DNA of 24,853 bases from a virus (Duplodnaviria; Caudoviricetes), in IMG/VR virus record IMGVR_UViG_3300048058_000016, positions 1 to 24,853 of that record; one strand, given 5' to 3'. How positions within the stretch are numbered: the stretch's first letter is position 1; each line of letters begins with the position of its first letter. The translations under genes were made by a program, and so were the position numbers. Below are positions 23,068-24,853 of this stretch, piece by piece. Below the pieces are notes generated by a model. The model was not told the origin of the DNA and did no database searches. It was given only the letters and a program-made list of their open reading frames with translations.

Positions 23068-24336
23068 TTATGCAGTTACGTCCAGCGGCACGATGATGAT
23101 CAGCGTAGTGATACGCCATGTCTTCGCTGCTTCTCCGTCGAACTCCAGGAAAAAATCTGCACCGTCGGTTGTGATCGAACTTGCAACTGCTGCCGCTGCA
23201 GAGTTGTTATTGTGTAAGGCACCAGTTCCGAATTCCAATCCTCCCGATGCCTGTAGCAGCGTGGAGTGTATCGCGGTGAATGTGCGTGTCGCATCGGATG
23301 AATCGACCGCCGATACCAGCGCGAACACATTGGCGCCGTCGTGCGGCAGCGTGAACGTGGCGTAGGTTTGGATTCCTGCACCAGTGATATTGCCGACAGC
23401 TGAGCGAATATCTATAAGGCGGGAATCTTCAGCGACACTGCCGTCGTGAGTCCTGATCCGAATGCGTGGATCTGTACCATCGGGCAAAATCGAAAGTGTG
23501 TTTTGCCTCCATATGACGTTAGATCCTGTGCCGCCGCTCTGCACGTCTTCGATCTCGATCACGCGCGAGCGAGTCGGGCCACCGGTTTCCCACGGCTCAA
23601 TGAAGAGGATGTTGTCTCCGCCGGACTCATCCAACTCTGCGAGGAATCCGACTTCGTTGGCACTGTCCCGCGCAGTCGCATCGACACCGGTGAATCGGAC
23701 GCTCCGCGCACGAAGCTCGGGCCAGGTCGGTAGCAGCGATTCAACATCGGTGATGTCGGTCCCATCGGTGACGACCTTCAGCACGTTGCGTAGACCAACG
23801 CCGGGAGCCGGCTCGCCTGCGGCTAGTGCTGTTTCGACGAATGTGATCAGCCCAGTGTCGCCACTGATCTGCAGATAGGTATCTTTCGAAGCGGTGAAAA
23901 GGCGGGAGTCGAGACCCTGATCCACAATCTGATCCGAATCGAAACCGAACCGTCGCAGTCTGCCTGATACGACCTTCAGCCACACCGAACCAGGCTGCAC
24001 TTCACCTGTCAGCCCTGCGGTCTGCGTTACCCACAACGTGCCGCTACCTTCGGAGGGATCGTGCGGATGAAACTCGCCGGCCTTTCCACCCGCCTCTTGG
24101 AAAAATCCCGTAACCGGACCCATCAGCTGAATCGCGCTGAGGTTCTGAAACCGATTCCCCTTGCTCAGTTTCTGCCCGCTCAGCTCGATAAGATTTGCCA
24201 GCTCCTCTTGCCACGCATCAGCGATATCGTCGGTAACGACCGTCGCTGGAATGGTCGGGGGGCTACCCTCGGTGAAGCCGTCTTTGCCCGTGCCGAATTT
24301 GTCAATCTCCCTGGTTGCGTGATCGATCCTGTGCAT
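23068..24336 (-). CDS. Tail fibre protein with Mu/SfV-type N-terminal anchor
   Basis: ATG 24336 (TAATG-coupled): MHRIDHATREIDKFGTGKDGFTEG...PAT...WQEELAN; follows YmfQ. Confidence 0.85.
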   Translation of the reverse strand: MHRIDHATREIDKFGTGKDGFTEGSPPTIPATVVTDDIADAWQEELANLIELSGQKLSKGNRFQNLSAIQLMGPVTGFFQEAGGKAGEFHPHDPSEGSGTLWVTQTAGLTGEVQPGSVWLKVVSGRLRRFGFDSDQIVDQGLDSRLFTASKDTYLQISGDTGLITFVETALAAGEPAPGVGLRNVLKVVTDGTDITDVESLLPTWPELRARSVRFTGVDATARDSANEVGFLAELDESGGDNILFIEPWETGGPTRSRVIEIEDVQSGGTGSNVIWRQNTLSILPDGTDPRIRIRTHDGSVAEDSRLIDIRSAVGNITGAGIQTYATFTLPHDGANVFALVSAVDSSDATRTFTAIHSTLLQASGGLEFGTGALHNNNSAAAAVASSITTDGADFFLEFDGEAAKTWRITTLIIIVPLDVTA

Positions 24337-24853
24337 TACGTGATCTCCAGTCCGAACGTCAGATGATTGTGCCCCGTTTCTTCGAGCAGGCACCGAAGTT
24401 GCTCATCGTCGGATAGCGTTGGCGGCCGCACACCGATCAGGGTCCAATGATAGACCCATGGCCCCTGCTGCAGCGCATCGCCCACCGCGGAAAAGCCGAC
24501 CCGGAACGGGTTCGAATCTTCCCGGATGCTCACGACGGTGTAGCCGAGCCGCTCAGCGATCTCGATTAAGCTCGGGATCGAACTGCTCTGGCGCTTGGTG
24601 ATCTGGGCGTATAGCGCATCGTTGCGTCCCTGAGATGTCAGCGGTGGACTCGGACAGTCGCCAGGTAGACCGGCGAACGCCTCCCATTCGCTGAGCAGTT
24701 CGCCCGTCGTGCGCACATCTGCCTCGCGCAGCAACGCTTCGGTCCGGCACTCAACGGTTCCATACTCGACGCCGAGCGCCTCGAGAAACGCGGTGATGGT
24801 GGCGTCACTGTCACGTGTCCAAGCAGGACCCGTCGGCAACAGGTTCTGAAGCA
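24336..24853 (-). CDS. Baseplate protein YmfQ/DUF2313 (Mu gp48-like), 5'-truncated by the window
   Basis: LQNLLPTGPAW...LLREADVRTTGELLSEWEAFAGLP...IAERLGY...PFRVGFSAVGDAL...LRC. Confidence 0.9.
   Translation of the reverse strand, partial: LQNLLPTGPAWTRDSDATITAFLEALGVEYGTVECRTEALLREADVRTTGELLSEWEAFAGLPGDCPSPPLTSQGRNDALYAQITKRQSSSIPSLIEIAERLGYTVVSIREDSNPFRVGFSAVGDALQQGPWVYHWTLIGVRPPTLSDDEQLRCLLEETGHNHLTFGLEIT

Larger units (their letters stand above)
1..24853. mobile_element. Tailed bacteriophage (Mu-like head and contractile-tail genes) genome segment; phage or prophage interior
   Basis: Portal, terminase, baseplate and tail-fibre genes plus phage-type recombination/replication genes; dense, translationally coupled ORFs; no host housekeeping genes or att/end sites seen. 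Confidence 0.95.

Noticed and set aside
23068-24336. Tail-fibre inversion or diversity-generating retroelement
   Set aside because: No invertase, reverse transcriptase, inverted fibre copy or template/variable repeat pair in the window
1-24853. tRNA or other known ncRNA; alternative genetic code; host assignment
   Set aside because: Gaps are short with no cloverleaf; genes tile well in the standard code; nothing in the window fixes the host taxon

Overview
High-GC (roughly 64% by eye) tailed-phage DNA with no host genes. The window appears to span the whole non-structural part of a myovirus-type genome, between the end of the tail module (right edge: YmfQ/DUF2313 baseplate, tail fibre, membrane protein, HExxH peptidase; minus strand) and the start of the head module (left edge: Mu gp28-like large terminase, Mu gp29/DUF935 portal). 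Back-to-back sigma70-type promoters at about 15.92-16.0 kb drive two arms. The leftward arm carries small early genes, a truncated beta-clamp, YqaJ exonuclease, a lytic transglycosylase, MazG-like and SLOG proteins, a P-loop replication ATPase, VRR-NUC, small terminase, an 8-gene insert, TerL and portal. The rightward arm carries an RHH regulator, SF2 helicase, DNA methyltransferase and an array of small genes. No transposase, integrase or CI-like repressor is visible. The most unusual signals: a small-gene array with pairwise exact junction repeats that coincides with a 2.2-kb GATC-free block in an otherwise GATC-rich genome, a fibre-like module and an Arg/Trp-rich cationic protein between terS and terL, a two-domain sliding clamp, and an origin-like inverted repeat after the ATPase. 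All family calls are motif recognition by eye, not database searches. Several starts were reassigned from the ORF track using ATGA/GTGA coupling.
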